34,712 bases of DNA. It comes from Hormoscilla sp. GTDB lineage: Bacteria; Cyanobacteriota; Cyanobacteriia; Cyanobacteriales; Desertifilaceae. This document shows positions 1 through 10,161 of the stretch, in pieces (position 1 is the stretch's first letter; each line of letters starts with the position of its first letter). The notes under the pieces were generated by a model. The model was not told the origin of the DNA. It saw only the letters and a list, made by a program, of their open reading frames with translations, and searched no databases. The stretch lies in the NCBI GenBank assembly GCA_051439505.1, contig JBFRWI010000047.1:1-34712 (forward strand), in the 5' to 3' direction. Made by a program: the position numbers and the translations under genes.

Positions 1-14
1 AACCCCCGGCTAAT

Positions 15-165
15 GGGTGTGGTCAAAAGTAGTTGGATCCGATCCCCCCCAAACCCCCCCTTCCAAAAGGGGGGGGTTCCGGAAGCCCCCCTTTCTAAGG
101 GGGGTTTGGGGGGATCCGGCGACTGGGAGGGCCGCCCGAACGATCAACGGGTTTTGACCACACCC
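15..165. mobile_element. 151-bp MITE with perfect 14-bp TIR (GGGTGTGGTCAAAA) and 9-bp target duplication CCGGCTAAT
   Basis: TIRs at 15-28 and 152-165; CCGGCTAAT at 6-14 and 166-174; internal poly-C/poly-G palindromes. Confidence 0.85.
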
Positions 166-250
166 CCGGCTAATAGCTAAAGTCGGTTAAAACCGACTAA
201 TAGGATAATAAAACGATAATGTTAAACTAATTTTTTTTTCAAAATGGTAT
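166..250 (+). repeat. Dispersed REP-like palindrome (CCCCCGGCTAATAGCTAAAGTCGGTTAAAACCGACTAAT) with AT-rich tail
   Basis: Related copies at ~2453-2520, 5766-5870 (reverse), 29705-29812, 31600-31657, variant 26702-26753. Confidence 0.85.
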
Positions 251-256
251 AAATAA

Positions 257-496
257 TCAAAATTGTTCGCGCATGGGTTCTCTGACGATCGCGGGTATTT
301 CAAAATCCCCAAAATGGGCAAAACGTCGCTCAATAGCTTCGGCAAGATTTAATGGTTGAGAGTTTTTTTCTGTCAATAGGGCGGCCTGGAGAATTTCTTT
401 GACCTCTTCTTCGAGGGACAGTCCGCGATCTTCTGCGCGCTTTTGTAAGCGGGATAAGAGGTTGTCATCAAGGTTACTGATCGTGATACTGGTCAT
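257..496 (-). CDS. FitA/StbC-like ribbon-helix-helix antitoxin (plasmid stability protein), no adjacent PIN toxin
   Basis: MTSITISNLDD..LQKRAE.RG.SLEEEVKEIL pattern; upstream TGGTATAAT extended -10. Confidence 0.7.
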   Translation of the reverse strand: MTSITISNLDDNLLSRLQKRAEDRGLSLEEEVKEILQAALLTEKNSQPLNLAEAIERRFAHFGDFEIPAIVREPMREQF

Positions 497-688
497 ATTT
501 TGGGCATCTCTCTGATATTATACCAATATTCCCAAGCCCGCGCAGGCGGGCTTTGTTCTTGTAGCCCCACCATAAATGGTGGGGATATGGAAGTCATATT
601 TTTGGCATCTCTCCGATATTATACCAATATTCCGAAGCCCGCGCAGGCTGGCTTTGTTCCTGTAGCCCCACCATAAATGGTGGGGATA
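492..688. repeat. ~101-bp tandem duplication containing hairpins, an extended -10 and the start codon of the antitoxin gene
   Basis: 492-592 nearly identical to 593-688. Confidence 0.9.
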
Positions 689-2401
689 TTATGGTGGGGG
701 TATTAGGGTAGGGGATATGGAAGCAACGGCGTATTGAACCAACTGGGCGAGTTTATGGCGGAGAGTTTCCAGTCCCAAGCGCTGACTGGCGGAAATAAAT
801 AACGCTTGGGGAAATTCCTCTTGGGCCAATGCCAGGGTATCTCCATCTACCTCGTCAATCTTATTAAACACTACCAATGCTGGTCCGGGTGTGATTGGCA
901 TTTCCTCAAGCAGACTCATCACCGATCGGATGTGACTCTGCCAAGCGGGATGGGAGAGATCCACTAGATGCAGCAAGGCGTCCGCTTCCGTTACTTCCTC
1001 CAAGGTGGCACGAAAAGCATCGATCAATGGTGGTGGCAGTTCGTGAATAAACCCCACCGTATCTGTTAGCAAAATTGTTCGCGCCGCCCCCGTTTCCGGA
1101 TCCTGTACTACTAACCGTCGAGTAGTGGGGTCCAGGGTCGCAAATAGCTGGTCGGCGGTGTAGACTTCCGCATTTGTTAATGTATTCAGCAGGGTAGACT
1201 TGCCCGCATTGGTATAGCCTACTACTGCTATACTCGGCACTTCCCGATGCTGTCGCTGACTCCGCAGTCGCGATCGATGGGCTTGCAGTTGATTTACTTC
1301 CTGTTGCAGTCGGGATATGCGCCGCCCGATCGCCCGGCGTTCGGTTTCCAACTTAGTTTCCCCCGGACCCCTAGTGCCGATACCGCCCCCCAGTCGGGAC
1401 ATATCTTGACCGCGTCCAGTCAGACGGGGTAGGGTATACTCCAGTTGGGCAAGTTCCACCTGTAATTTACCTGCCCGCGATCGAGCCCGTTGGGCAAAAA
1501 TATCCAAAATTACCTCTGTCCGGTCTACCACTCGCACCCCCGTCTGCCGTTCCAGGTTCCGGACTTGGGCCGGGGACAGGTCTCGGTCAAAGGCCACTAA
1601 ATTCGCCCCTATTGTTTGCACTGTCAAGGCTATTTCTTGCACCTTCCCCGCACCCACTACCGTTTGGGGATGGGGGCGCGATCGCCTTTGCCGCATCACC
1701 TCCAGAACATCGCCACCAGCAGTTTCCACCAACCGGGTTAATTCTGCTAAACCATTTTCAAACCGACTGGACCCGATATCCTCCGTCCTCAGACCCACTA
1801 GCAGCACCCGATCGCGGTCCGAGTCTACTTCTTGGCCCACAAATTCCCGGCGGAACTCCTCTTCCAGTCCGGATACTAAGTCCAGAAAATCCCGATCGTC
1901 CAGTTCCTCCAGACTCAGGGGAGGAGACATAGTCCAATTTTTCTCGGGATCGGGAATGAGATGGGCTAAATATGCTTCTTTAACGTAACCCGTGGCGCCA
2001 CCACCTCGGCGAGTAAACCCACCTCCCGTGAGAGTGAGAACGACCAATGCATCTAAACGCTGGATGGCCATTGCAGTCAAAGTATCTTCACTGGGAGGGT
2101 GAGACTTAAGTTGGGTAGCAATGCAGCGAATACCGCAGAGTCGTTCCGCACCGTAGCGAGGTAACTCCAAAGGCGGTATTTGGGTTTGGCGGGGTGTCCC
2201 CACCCCCACGCGAATTACCTGTCCCCGGCGATTAATATAGCTACAGAGGGGTTGGTTGATTTCCGTCCCGATCGCCGCCAGTCGCTGAGCAAATTCTGCC
2301 GTTGTCAGGCGATCGCCCGGAAGGCGCTGATGATAAAGTCGTTGCAACTGCTTCAGTTGACTTGATTTGAGACCCTGAAGATTTCCGTAGATAGTTTCGA
2401 T
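689..2401 (-). CDS. hflX: GTPase HflX, long cyanobacterial form, probable non-canonical ATC start
   Basis: GYTNAGKST, DTVG, NKID motifs, GIGTRGPGETKLE; frame open to ATC at 2401 with GGAGG 7 nt upstream (ORF track starts at TTG 2347). Confidence 0.95.
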   Translation of the reverse strand: METIYGNLQGLKSSQLKQLQRLYHQRLPGDRLTTAEFAQRLAAIGTEINQPLCSYINRRGQVIRVGVGTPRQTQIPPLELPRYGAERLCGIRCIATQLKSHPPSEDTLTAMAIQRLDALVVLTLTGGGFTRRGGGATGYVKEAYLAHLIPDPEKNWTMSPPLSLEELDDRDFLDLVSGLEEEFRREFVGQEVDSDRDRVLLVGLRTEDIGSSRFENGLAELTRLVETAGGDVLEVMRQRRSRPHPQTVVGAGKVQEIALTVQTIGANLVAFDRDLSPAQVRNLERQTGVRVVDRTEVILDIFAQRARSRAGKLQVELAQLEYTLPRLTGRGQDMSRLGGGIGTRGPGETKLETERRAIGRRISRLQQEVNQLQAHRSRLRSQRQHREVPSIAVVGYTNAGKSTLLNTLTNAEVYTADQLFATLDPTTRRLVVQDPETGAARTILLTDTVGFIHELPPPLIDAFRATLEEVTEADALLHLVDLSHPAWQSHIRSVMSLLEEMPITPGPALVVFNKIDEVDGDTLALAQEEFPQALFISASQRLGLETLRHKLAQLVQYAVASISPTLIPPP

Positions 2402-2728
2402 AGGCGTACCTCCCCAGTTTCCTGGTCTTGCGATTGAGACCGCCGGGGTATCCCACCCCCGGCTAATAGCTAAAGTCGGTTAAAACCGACTAATAATATA
2501 ATTTAAACATATTGTAGCATCCTCTCGTTCCCAGGTAGAACCTGGGAACGGTGCAACTGAAGGCTCCCGCCTCCTGGGAAGGAGTGCTACCGTCAAGTAT
2601 ATCAGATCTTTAACAAAATGGTAAGATCGAGATCGTCAGGTTCGGATAATTCAATAAGTTTAATAATGCCTCTGGTAAAATTCCTGATCTTTGTCTTCAT
2701 CTGCAAAAGCAAGAGGGTTGTTAAGTTA

Positions 2729-2992
2729 CTATTTTTTCATCCTGGCAGCAATTTCTCTGCTAGTTTCCAGTTCTGCCGCTGGATAGTCTATTACGGCAAA
2801 CCCATACTCGCTGATGAGTCGATAAAACTCCCACTTGTCACACCCTAGGACTTGGGCACCGATACCTGATGATATTTTGCCCTCTGCGTACAACTGTCCG
2901 ACTGTGTATATCTTCACTTTCCGCGCAAAACTCTCCTCTGATTCTCGGGCGGCTACTAACAATTCTTCCGGAAACGCTACATTGATACTCAT
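2729..2992 (-). CDS. UPF0175 family protein (predicted antitoxin)
   Basis: [23 protein letters not shown] matches the LY..GKIS.GKAA..L...RWEF pattern. Confidence 0.75.
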   Translation of the reverse strand: MSINVAFPEELLVAARESEESFARKVKIYTVGQLYAEGKISSGIGAQVLGCDKWEFYRLISEYGFAVIDYPAAELETSREIAARMKK

Positions 2993-3218
2993 AGAGTCTA
3001 ATTCCGTTCTGGTGGATCTGCTGACTGCGATCGCACTCGCACTCTCTTTACTGTAGCTGATTGATTTTTTATTATCAACCCCCTAGATGCTTGACCTGTC
3101 CGGTTACTCCGAACCGTCAGGAACTGCGCCTTGTCAGACCATCAACCTGGTTGTCTGCGAATATTTTCCCATTTCCACCGAGATCGTCCCAGAAACCCGG
3201 TTTCGACCGCTGGCATCC

Positions 3219-3488
3219 CAATACTTCAAGGGATACAATCTGTCACAATCTGTCATTGCGAGGGGGGAAACCAAAACAAACATCTTCCGGGATCCAAGCG
3301 ATCATCCCCCCGAAGCAATCTCACCAACTACGCCGCCCATGCATCTGGACAGGGGCGACGGGGATTGCTAGCCCTCCTGCGTCGGGCCGCTACGCTAACG
3401 GGGGGGTTTAACTCGCTCAAAGCATAAGCATATCGCTACGGTACCCCCCCTCGCAATGACAACTTATATCCAAAACCTTGAGGTATTG
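3219..3488. mobile_element. 270-bp MITE with CAATAC(T/C)TCAAGG TIRs and 10-bp TSD, carrying an internal TGTCATTGCGAG...CTCGCAATGACA palindrome
   Basis: TSD GCTGGCATCC 3209-3218 / GCTGGCATCG 3489-3498; related copy at 28477-28718. Confidence 0.8.
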
Positions 3489-3683
3489 GCTGGCATCGGA
3501 TCGCCCCCCTGACGCCGTCGGACCGGAAACTGGGTATGCCAGTCTACTTCGCCCGGCCTGAAGATCTTTTCTCTGGCCGGGAAGTTTTCTCCGGCCTTGG
3601 AGGTTATTTCTCCGGCCTTCACGTTAGGAAGCTTCCTTTTTCTCACAGTGTTTCAAGTCAAAGGGGGACTTTTTGCCGCCAGT

Positions 3684-3850
3684 GAATGACTCGGTTAGTC
3701 CCTGGAGTAACTGATTTTTTCCCGGGAATGACTCAGTTACTCCCGGGAATGACTCAGTCACTCCAGCAAGGGAACCATTACTCCAAGGAGGGACTGAGTT
3801 ACTCCAGGGCAGAACTCAGTCCCTCCTTGGCAGATCTGAGTTATTCCTTA
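3684..3850. repeat. Degenerate 21-bp tandem array (GAATGACTCAGTTACTCCCGG-like, about 8 units)
   Basis: Recurring ACTCAGTTACTCC-like core at 21-bp spacing. Confidence 0.65.
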
Positions 3851-3989
3851 ATGAAATCTATTGACCGTCAAGGTGCAATTGCCTTGGCCACGACCTTTTC
3901 AGTCAAAGCCTCCCAGGGAGAAAGCCCCTTGGAGGCGGCATTTTGTCCCGCTAGAGCAACTTTTTGGCCTCCTGGCCAGTGAGCCCCTT

Positions 3990-4124
3990 TCACGCTCCCA
4001 GGCCAGAAACCGGGTTTCTGCTGAGGATTTTCGCATTCCCACCGAGATAGCTCATATAACCCGGTTTCTCAGCTCCCATCGGAACGCTCCCCTCACGCTC
4101 CCAGGCCAGGAAACCGGGTTTCTT
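3990..4124. repeat. Direct repeat CACGCTCCCAGGCCAG(G)AAACCGGGTTTCT; AGAAACCGGGTTTCT palindrome family
   Basis: Two copies at 3990-4019 and 4094-4123; related motifs at ~3188 and ~27026. Confidence 0.7.
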
Positions 4125-4512
4125 AAGATTGCTTATATTATCGCATTTTGGAAAAATAATGCTATAAATATCAAGCATTATGATAATATCATTCGGAGCA
4201 ATTTGTCACGATAAAAAACATCGGAATTTTACTAGAGAGTGGAACGCTAAACTCAAGGGTTGGGTTTCGTACCTCAACCCAACCTACAGATACGACAATT
4301 TTTATTATGGGAATTTAATCAGATATGATATTAGTCGGTCAAAACCTTCCTTTAGCCTCGTTACCTGGCTCCGCCAGGTAACGCGGGGGTTTGAACCCTC
4401 CGTGTATCGTGGGTAGTGCGAGTAGCGCTCCCACGATACACGGAAGGCGGGCCGACAGCGAAGTGAGAGAACTACATGCTTGAAAGTGTAGCAACCTTTT
4501 TTACGAATAGTA

Positions 4513-5151
4513 TTATCTTAAGCCTTGGCAGATGAAGGCTCCCCAGTATTGGGGCGAGGCAAAGGGTATTTCTCCAAACTCTTTCAACTGCTCTTGCCTT
4601 TCTTTTATTTTCAAGGCTAAGGCGAATAGCTTAGACCATTCTTCCTTGCCAGCTCTTTTGGCTTTCATTCCCCTTTGTTTGGCGGCGCGTTCGGCTGACT
4701 TTAACATCTGTTCCACTTCCAAGTTGGTGAGGGTACGCAGTTTATGTTGCGCTTTCTGCAAGGCTTGCGGACGACTCAGGGGTGGCTCTTTGTCTGTACC
4801 TTTGCGATATTGGTGGTAAAAGATGGAAAATATCGCTGTGGCTAAGTCATCTACTGCCCACAAGGTGTATATAACGCTTCTGGCTCCCGCACATATAAAT
4901 CCAATTGCTATGGTCAGTATGTCATCAGTTATATTTATCCATGCGAGATTGGTTTCGCAGCAGGAGAGAAAGACTTCTTCCAGCTGGGGATATCGCCATC
5001 CGGGAGTGAGCATTTGCCCCAGGGTGATTTTCCCATCTGCTAAGATGAGGGCTGATTCCAGCAATTCAAAATTCTTGCATTCAAAATTATTGCATTGGGA
5101 AAGTCCTGAGAACAAGGATTTCAGGGGTAGGCCATAGCAATTTAAATGCAC
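4513..5151 (-). pseudogene. C-terminal fragment of a CHAT-domain (caspase-like) protein
   Basis: ESALILADG, VFLSCCET, GARSV..TLWAVDD and FASPQYWGAFICQG motifs; catalytic His region and N-terminal part absent. Confidence 0.75.
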
Positions 5152-5269
5152 GACAGCTTAAATATTTCCCATCATATCCAAATGTTATGGATGCCCTGGT
5201 CCTACATTATCCTTGCTTGCGCCCCGTTCCCGACCAGGTAATGCCATGGGATGGCCGATGGGATCTTAC

Positions 5270-5568
5270 CGACAGGGGGGACCCGGTGCTGACACAGTGC
5301 CCCTAGCGAAGGGCGATCTGCCGTGGCCCGATGGGATGCGATCGGCCATTAACTGTCGGGGCACGGCAGCCGGGGCACGGCGATAGATATATTTTCGTTA
5401 ATATTGTTATGTTATGGATGCCGTGCCCCTACCGCATGTTTACGCCAATGGGCAGATCTTGCATGCGATCAGCAATTCACCTCCGGGGCACGGCAACCTC
5501 CGGGGCACGGCATCAGCAGATTATCGGTGAGGATGAAAATGTTACAAACGCGCCCGCCCCGATGCCAT
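5270..5568. repeat. Cluster of GGGGCACGGCA/TGCCGTGCCCCTAC REP-like repeats
   Basis: Motif recurs at ~5358, 5372, 5419, 5485 and 5502. Confidence 0.7.
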
Positions 5569-5666
5569 GCGATCGCCTGTTCGTTTTCAGCATCAGTATA
5601 AATCGTTTTTGCTCGATACCTTGCTAATAAAGTACCATAAGTCTCGGGATTAAAAGTAAAGGTCAT
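5569..5666 (-). pseudogene. 5' remnant of a HigA-like HTH antitoxin/transcription regulator
   Basis: MTFTFNPETYGTLLARY..K.I.T.AENEQAIA N-terminus; similarity ends at the HIP1 site 5569-5576. Confidence 0.6.
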
Positions 5667-5885
5667 CTCAACCTCTTTATCCTATGAGTGCGTGAGTTAA
5701 AATATATTTGATCTCAATAATTTCTCTGCTAATTTTCCCCTCCATGATTTATATTCGCTACCGTTATTATACCATTTTTGACAAACAATGCTACAATTTA
5801 TAAGAATTAGCTTATTAGTCGGTTTCAACCGACTTTAGCTATTAGCCGGGGGTTTGAACCCCCGGCGGGCCATGAAGCCAATTGA

Positions 5886-6806
5886 CTAGCCATCAGCTAT
5901 AATTTTATCAGATGTCGAATGCTGCCCATCAGTAAGAAAATTCAAATTAACTTCTCTAGACTCTTGCAGCGATCGGGGGGTTGCCGTCTCTGAAATCACT
6001 TCCGAAATTTCTTGCTTCTCCGCTGATTGAGTTTCTGACTTTTTCCCTGCTTGCACCACATCTGATAAATTTTTTGCCATCATGAGAAAATCCGAAGGCA
6101 TCATCAGCACAGTAGTAGTATTATTTTCCGCCCCAATTTCCGTCAGCATTTGCAAGCGTCGTAATTCCAAAGCCGCTGGGTTTTCGACAATCTTCTGAGA
6201 AGCCTCAGCTAATTTTATCGAAGCTTCCTGTTCCGCTGCCGCTTTAATTATGCGGGCGCGTTTTTCCCGGACCGCTTCCGCTTCCTTCGCCATCGCCCGT
6301 TGCATACTGGGAGGAATTTCCACATCTTTCATTTCCACCCGTTCGATCACCACCCCCCAAGGGCCCGTAACTTCATCCACAATTTCTTGGATTGTATTGT
6401 TAATTTTATCGCGGTTTTGCAGCACATCATCCAGAATATTTTGCCCCACCACATTGCGTAAAGTAGTCAGGGCCGTTTGATATACAGCCATCTCGTAGTT
6501 TTCCACCTTATTGATCGCTTTATCCGGGTCAATTAAGCGATAATAGAGGACAGCATTTACCTTGATCGTCACGCTATCAGCAGTAATCGTTTCTTGTGGC
6601 TGGATATCTACAGTTTTAGTGCGAATATCCACCTGTTTCTTTTGGTCCAGCACGGGAATAATCCAATACATCCCCGGACCCCTGACACTTTTCATCCTCC
6701 CGAGGCGAAAAATCACCCCCCGCTGATATTCCCGATCTATTTTCAGCCCCGAAAATCCCAGACCGAGCAATAGAAACAAAGCCGTCCCGATAATAGTTTC
6801 CATCAT
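5886..6806 (-). CDS. SPFH/band-7 slipin (stomatin-like) protein
   Basis: N-terminal TM, EYQRGVIFRLG, AMAKEAEAVREKRA coiled coil, ALELRRLQML. Confidence 0.92.
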   Translation of the reverse strand: MMETIIGTALFLLLGLGFSGLKIDREYQRGVIFRLGRMKSVRGPGMYWIIPVLDQKKQVDIRTKTVDIQPQETITADSVTIKVNAVLYYRLIDPDKAINKVENYEMAVYQTALTTLRNVVGQNILDDVLQNRDKINNTIQEIVDEVTGPWGVVIERVEMKDVEIPPSMQRAMAKEAEAVREKRARIIKAAAEQEASIKLAEASQKIVENPAALELRRLQMLTEIGAENNTTTVLMMPSDFLMMAKNLSDVVQAGKKSETQSAEKQEISEVISETATPRSLQESREVNLNFLTDGQHSTSDKIIADG

Positions 6807-6976
6807 ATTTGCTCCCGCCTAACTCCTATGCCTCTCCATTCTAGACTGGGCATCCGAGTCTGGCCTTAAAAAATCATAAAATCAGCCCACAGCCTCCCAG
6901 TTAGGGCTACCGGGAATCCACGGGCGATCGGGGGTATTTCCTTGACAATTCCTGCCGAGAAGCTATAGACTTATAC

Positions 6977-7825
6977 TTATGGGCGAGAAGCAGCCATCCT
7001 TTGAGCGTATTCCAGATTTCGCTGATACTCCACAATTTTTTGTTGCGCTCTGTCATATTCGGGATGGTCCAACGGAACAATTTTCAGCAGTTCGATCGCC
7101 TCAGTCCACTGACTAGCAACCGTTTCCCAATCAGCTTTAGTTTGAGCCGTTTGGGTTAACTCCGCCGCCGAAGTCGCTTTATTGATCGCCAACCTCCAGC
7201 CTTGAGCCGGATCCACCCCCCCAGTCTCTGGGAAAGTCTGTTCTGGGGGTTTGGGTGTTGCTGGTGCCGTCGGTTTTGTAGGTGGCTGAGGTGCAGGTGT
7301 AGCTGTTGGCTGCGGTGCCGGTTTTCGGAGCAAGAACCACACCCCAACGCCCAGCAGCAGTACCACCAATACAATAGCGGCAATGGGCAGTAGTTTTTTG
7401 ATTTTATCAGAACTCTTTTGTTCGGACTCTTCTCCTGGGGTTTCCTCTTCAATCAACTCATCTTCTTCCATGTCCGTTGGTTCATCATCATCCAACGGTT
7501 CTCCATCCTCTGTTTCCTCAGACACCTCTTGGTATTCATCTTCATCTAGAGGCTGCGCTGCTGACAGGTCAACTTCCTCACTCCATTGGCCTGCCTTAGT
7601 TCCCTTCATCCGCCCATAAATCCGCATTTTAGGGATAGATTCAATGGACTGGCTGATAATTTCTTCCGAGACTAAAGGGACCAGCTCTTGTCGATCTGGA
7701 ACCTTATCTGACTCCAGCAATATGTGTAAGCAATCGGACTCTATTTTTATTTTAGTGGTAATGCCTAGGGGTTGCAGCGACTGGTTCAGGAGCTGCGCGA
7801 TCGATTGTGAGTTAGGTTGTGGCAT
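6977..7825 (-). CDS. Hypothetical single-pass membrane protein (acidic linker, Pro-rich region, helical C-terminus)
   Basis: 282-aa ORF; TM IAAIVLVVLLLGVGVWFLL; W..VA..W..AI.LL..VP motif seen in cyanobacterial hypotheticals. Confidence 0.8.
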   Translation of the reverse strand: MPQPNSQSIAQLLNQSLQPLGITTKIKIESDCLHILLESDKVPDRQELVPLVSEEIISQSIESIPKMRIYGRMKGTKAGQWSEEVDLSAAQPLDEDEYQEVSEETEDGEPLDDDEPTDMEEDELIEEETPGEESEQKSSDKIKKLLPIAAIVLVVLLLGVGVWFLLRKPAPQPTATPAPQPPTKPTAPATPKPPEQTFPETGGVDPAQGWRLAINKATSAAELTQTAQTKADWETVASQWTEAIELLKIVPLDHPEYDRAQQKIVEYQRNLEYAQRMAASRP

Positions 7826-8056
7826 GACTGGGCACCATTAGGCTAGCAACTAGATCGGTTTTTTCCCTGCTGCGGTCTTCCACGCCGCTAGCTGTCGCCA
7901 TCAGGGCGGGAGACCGAGCGCGCAGCAGCGCAAGTGCGCGGCGTCGGTGTGATCGAGCGAGATGACTTGGCGACTTGCCGGTGCTCCATAGCAGCCGTGC
8001 GATCGCCTCAATAACGTCAGCACCTCTTGGCCTGTATTGCTATTTTGCCACCTCGA

Positions 8057-9145
8057 TCATTGAGTTGCCAATTCTACCAGCCGTTCCTGCTGGTCTTGGG
8101 CAATGCATGCTTGAATTGTGCTTTCCAGGTTTCCTTCCAGCATCGGCGCCAGCACGAAATTCTGAGAAAGGCGATGGTCCGTCACCCGGTTATCTTTGTA
8201 GTTGTAAGTGCGGATTTTTTCCGATCTCGCACCAGTTCCTACCTGCGATCGCCGCATATCCGTCACCGCTTCTTGCTGTTCTCGCAGCTTCATATCATAG
8301 AGCTTTGCCCGCAATATTTGCATAGCCCGCTCCCGGTTTTGCAACTGCGAGCGTTCTTCCGTGCAAAAAATCCGGATCCCCGTCGGCTTATGAAACAGGT
8401 CAACTGCCGTTTCCACCTTATTCACATTTTGTCCGCCTGCGCCACCGGAGCGAGCTGTCGATATTTCCAAATCCTTCTGGTCTATTTCGACCTCTACATC
8501 ATCCACCTCTGGCATCACCGCTACCGTTGCCGTGGAAGTGTGAACCCTGCCCCCCGCTTCTGTCACTGGTACTCGCTGCACCCGGTGGACTCCTGCTTCA
8601 AACTTCAGTTTACTGTATACCCGATCGCCTTGGATTTCCAGAATCGCTTCCTTAAAGCCGCCCATCTCTGCTGGCGACTCGCTCAAGAGCTTCACTTGCC
8701 ACTTTTGGCTTTCCGCATAGCGCGAGTACATCCGCACCAAATCTCCTGCCCAGATACTAGCTTCATCACCCCCCGTACCTGCCCTAATTTCCAACATAAT
8801 ATTTTTCTCATCTAGAGGATCTTGGGGTAAGAGCAAAATCTTCAAGCGATCCTCCAGGTTTGAGAGCTTTGTTTCCAGTTCTTTCACCTCTCCAGCTGCC
8901 ATTGACTCCATTTCCGAGTCGCCGCTAGCTTCTTTGAGTACCTCTTTGGCCCCCTCCAACTCTGTAGTTGTCCCTTTCCACAGATCGAAAGTATTCACCA
9001 CCTCCTCTAGGGACGATCGGGCTTTTGCCACCCGTTGCACCTCCATTGGATCTGTGGCGATCTCTGGGTCTGCCAGACGTTTCGTCAATTCATTAAAAGT
9101 TTCTTCAACCGATTTTAGCTTTGACAGCAGATAAGTTTCAGTCAT
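8057..9145 (-). CDS. prfA: Peptide chain release factor 1
   Basis: PVT recognition motif and GGQ motif. Confidence 0.98.
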   Translation of the reverse strand: MTETYLLSKLKSVEETFNELTKRLADPEIATDPMEVQRVAKARSSLEEVVNTFDLWKGTTTELEGAKEVLKEASGDSEMESMAAGEVKELETKLSNLEDRLKILLLPQDPLDEKNIMLEIRAGTGGDEASIWAGDLVRMYSRYAESQKWQVKLLSESPAEMGGFKEAILEIQGDRVYSKLKFEAGVHRVQRVPVTEAGGRVHTSTATVAVMPEVDDVEVEIDQKDLEISTARSGGAGGQNVNKVETAVDLFHKPTGIRIFCTEERSQLQNRERAMQILRAKLYDMKLREQQEAVTDMRRSQVGTGARSEKIRTYNYKDNRVTDHRLSQNFVLAPMLEGNLESTIQACIAQDQQERLVELATQ

Positions 9146-9265
9146 TGGACTGTCCTCAATCCCTTAAGTAGCAATGTGCGATTTTCTGCCTTGGTACCGG
9201 CGGTCAGTTTTCCTGATTTTTCCGCGATCGCGGGCCACCGACAACCTTCTGGTGTGCGATCGCCG

Positions 9266-9514
9266 CTACTTCTTATCCTTTGCTGCTGTCTCTGTCGTCT
9301 CCCCTTGTGACATCATGCCATATTTCCGTAGGAAGCGCTCAACTCGTCCTTCCGTGTCAATTATCTTCTGGGTACCGGTATAAAATGGATGGTTCCCAGA
9401 CCATACATCCACGTGTAGTTCTGGTTTAGTCGAACCCACAGTCATTACATATTCCCCGTTGCAATAAACCTTCGCTTCTGGATACCACTGGGGATGAATG
9501 TCTTGTTTTGACAT
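9266..9514 (-). CDS. rpmE: 50S ribosomal protein L31
   Basis: IHPQWY, HPFYTG, GRVERF. Confidence 0.97.
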   Translation of the reverse strand: MSKQDIHPQWYPEAKVYCNGEYVMTVGSTKPELHVDVWSGNHPFYTGTQKIIDTEGRVERFLRKYGMMSQGETTETAAKDKK

Positions 9515-9744
9515 TATTTACTCCTTTTTCCTTGTTTGCTATATGTTAACTTGATTTTAGCAGCGTCCTCGCTCATCCTACTTAATGATGAATTTATTCT
9601 CTTGTTGATTTGTTTTGTATCTATATTTGTGCTACACATGCACGGCCACTTTTTCGGAATAAACCCTGGGAATGATTGGTATCAGCCAACCTATTCCCAA
9701 CAAGAGGGCGCTCTTAATAGTAGTCTAACAAATGCGATTTCCGA

Positions 9745-10161
9745 TCAGCGCTTGGAGTATTGAGGGGCTTTCCGGGCTTTACGCAAACCATACTTCTTGC
9801 GCTCTTTTGCGCGAGGGTCGCGGGTTAAGTAGCCTTCAATTTTCAAAGGTTTGCGGTTTTCTGGATCCAACTGGCATAGGGCTCTAGCAACTCCCAGGCG
9901 AATCGAGTCAGACTGTCCGGTCAAGCCACCTCCTGTGACCTTAACGATAATATCATACTCACTTTCTAAGCCTAGAGTTTCCAAAGGAGCTTTTGTCGTT
10001 CCCAGGTAGCCAGCATTAAACTGGAGATATTCGTCTCCCTGTTTGCCATTGATAGTCAGTTTACCGCTCCCGGGAACCAGACGCACTCGGGCCACCGATG
10101 ACTTGCGGCGACCCGTGCCCCAATACACGGCGCGATCGAGTTGTTTTTCCGTTGCTTGCAT
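9745..10161 (-). CDS. rpsI: 30S ribosomal protein S9
   Basis: [20 protein letters not shown]. Confidence 0.98.
   Translation of the reverse strand: MQATEKQLDRAVYWGTGRRKSSVARVRLVPGSGKLTINGKQGDEYLQFNAGYLGTTKAPLETLGLESEYDIIVKVTGGGLTGQSDSIRLGVARALCQLDPENRKPLKIEGYLTRDPRAKERKKYGLRKARKAPQYSKR

Noticed and set aside
3684..3850. Possible CRISPR array
   Set aside because: Units are contiguous and degenerate with no unique spacers; no cas genes.
3061..4416. Several overlapping 60-117 aa ORFs
   Set aside because: They run across MITEs and palindromic repeats and have no protein-like features.
8027..8815. 262-aa plus-strand ORF
   Set aside because: Antisense shadow of prfA with no recognisable motifs.
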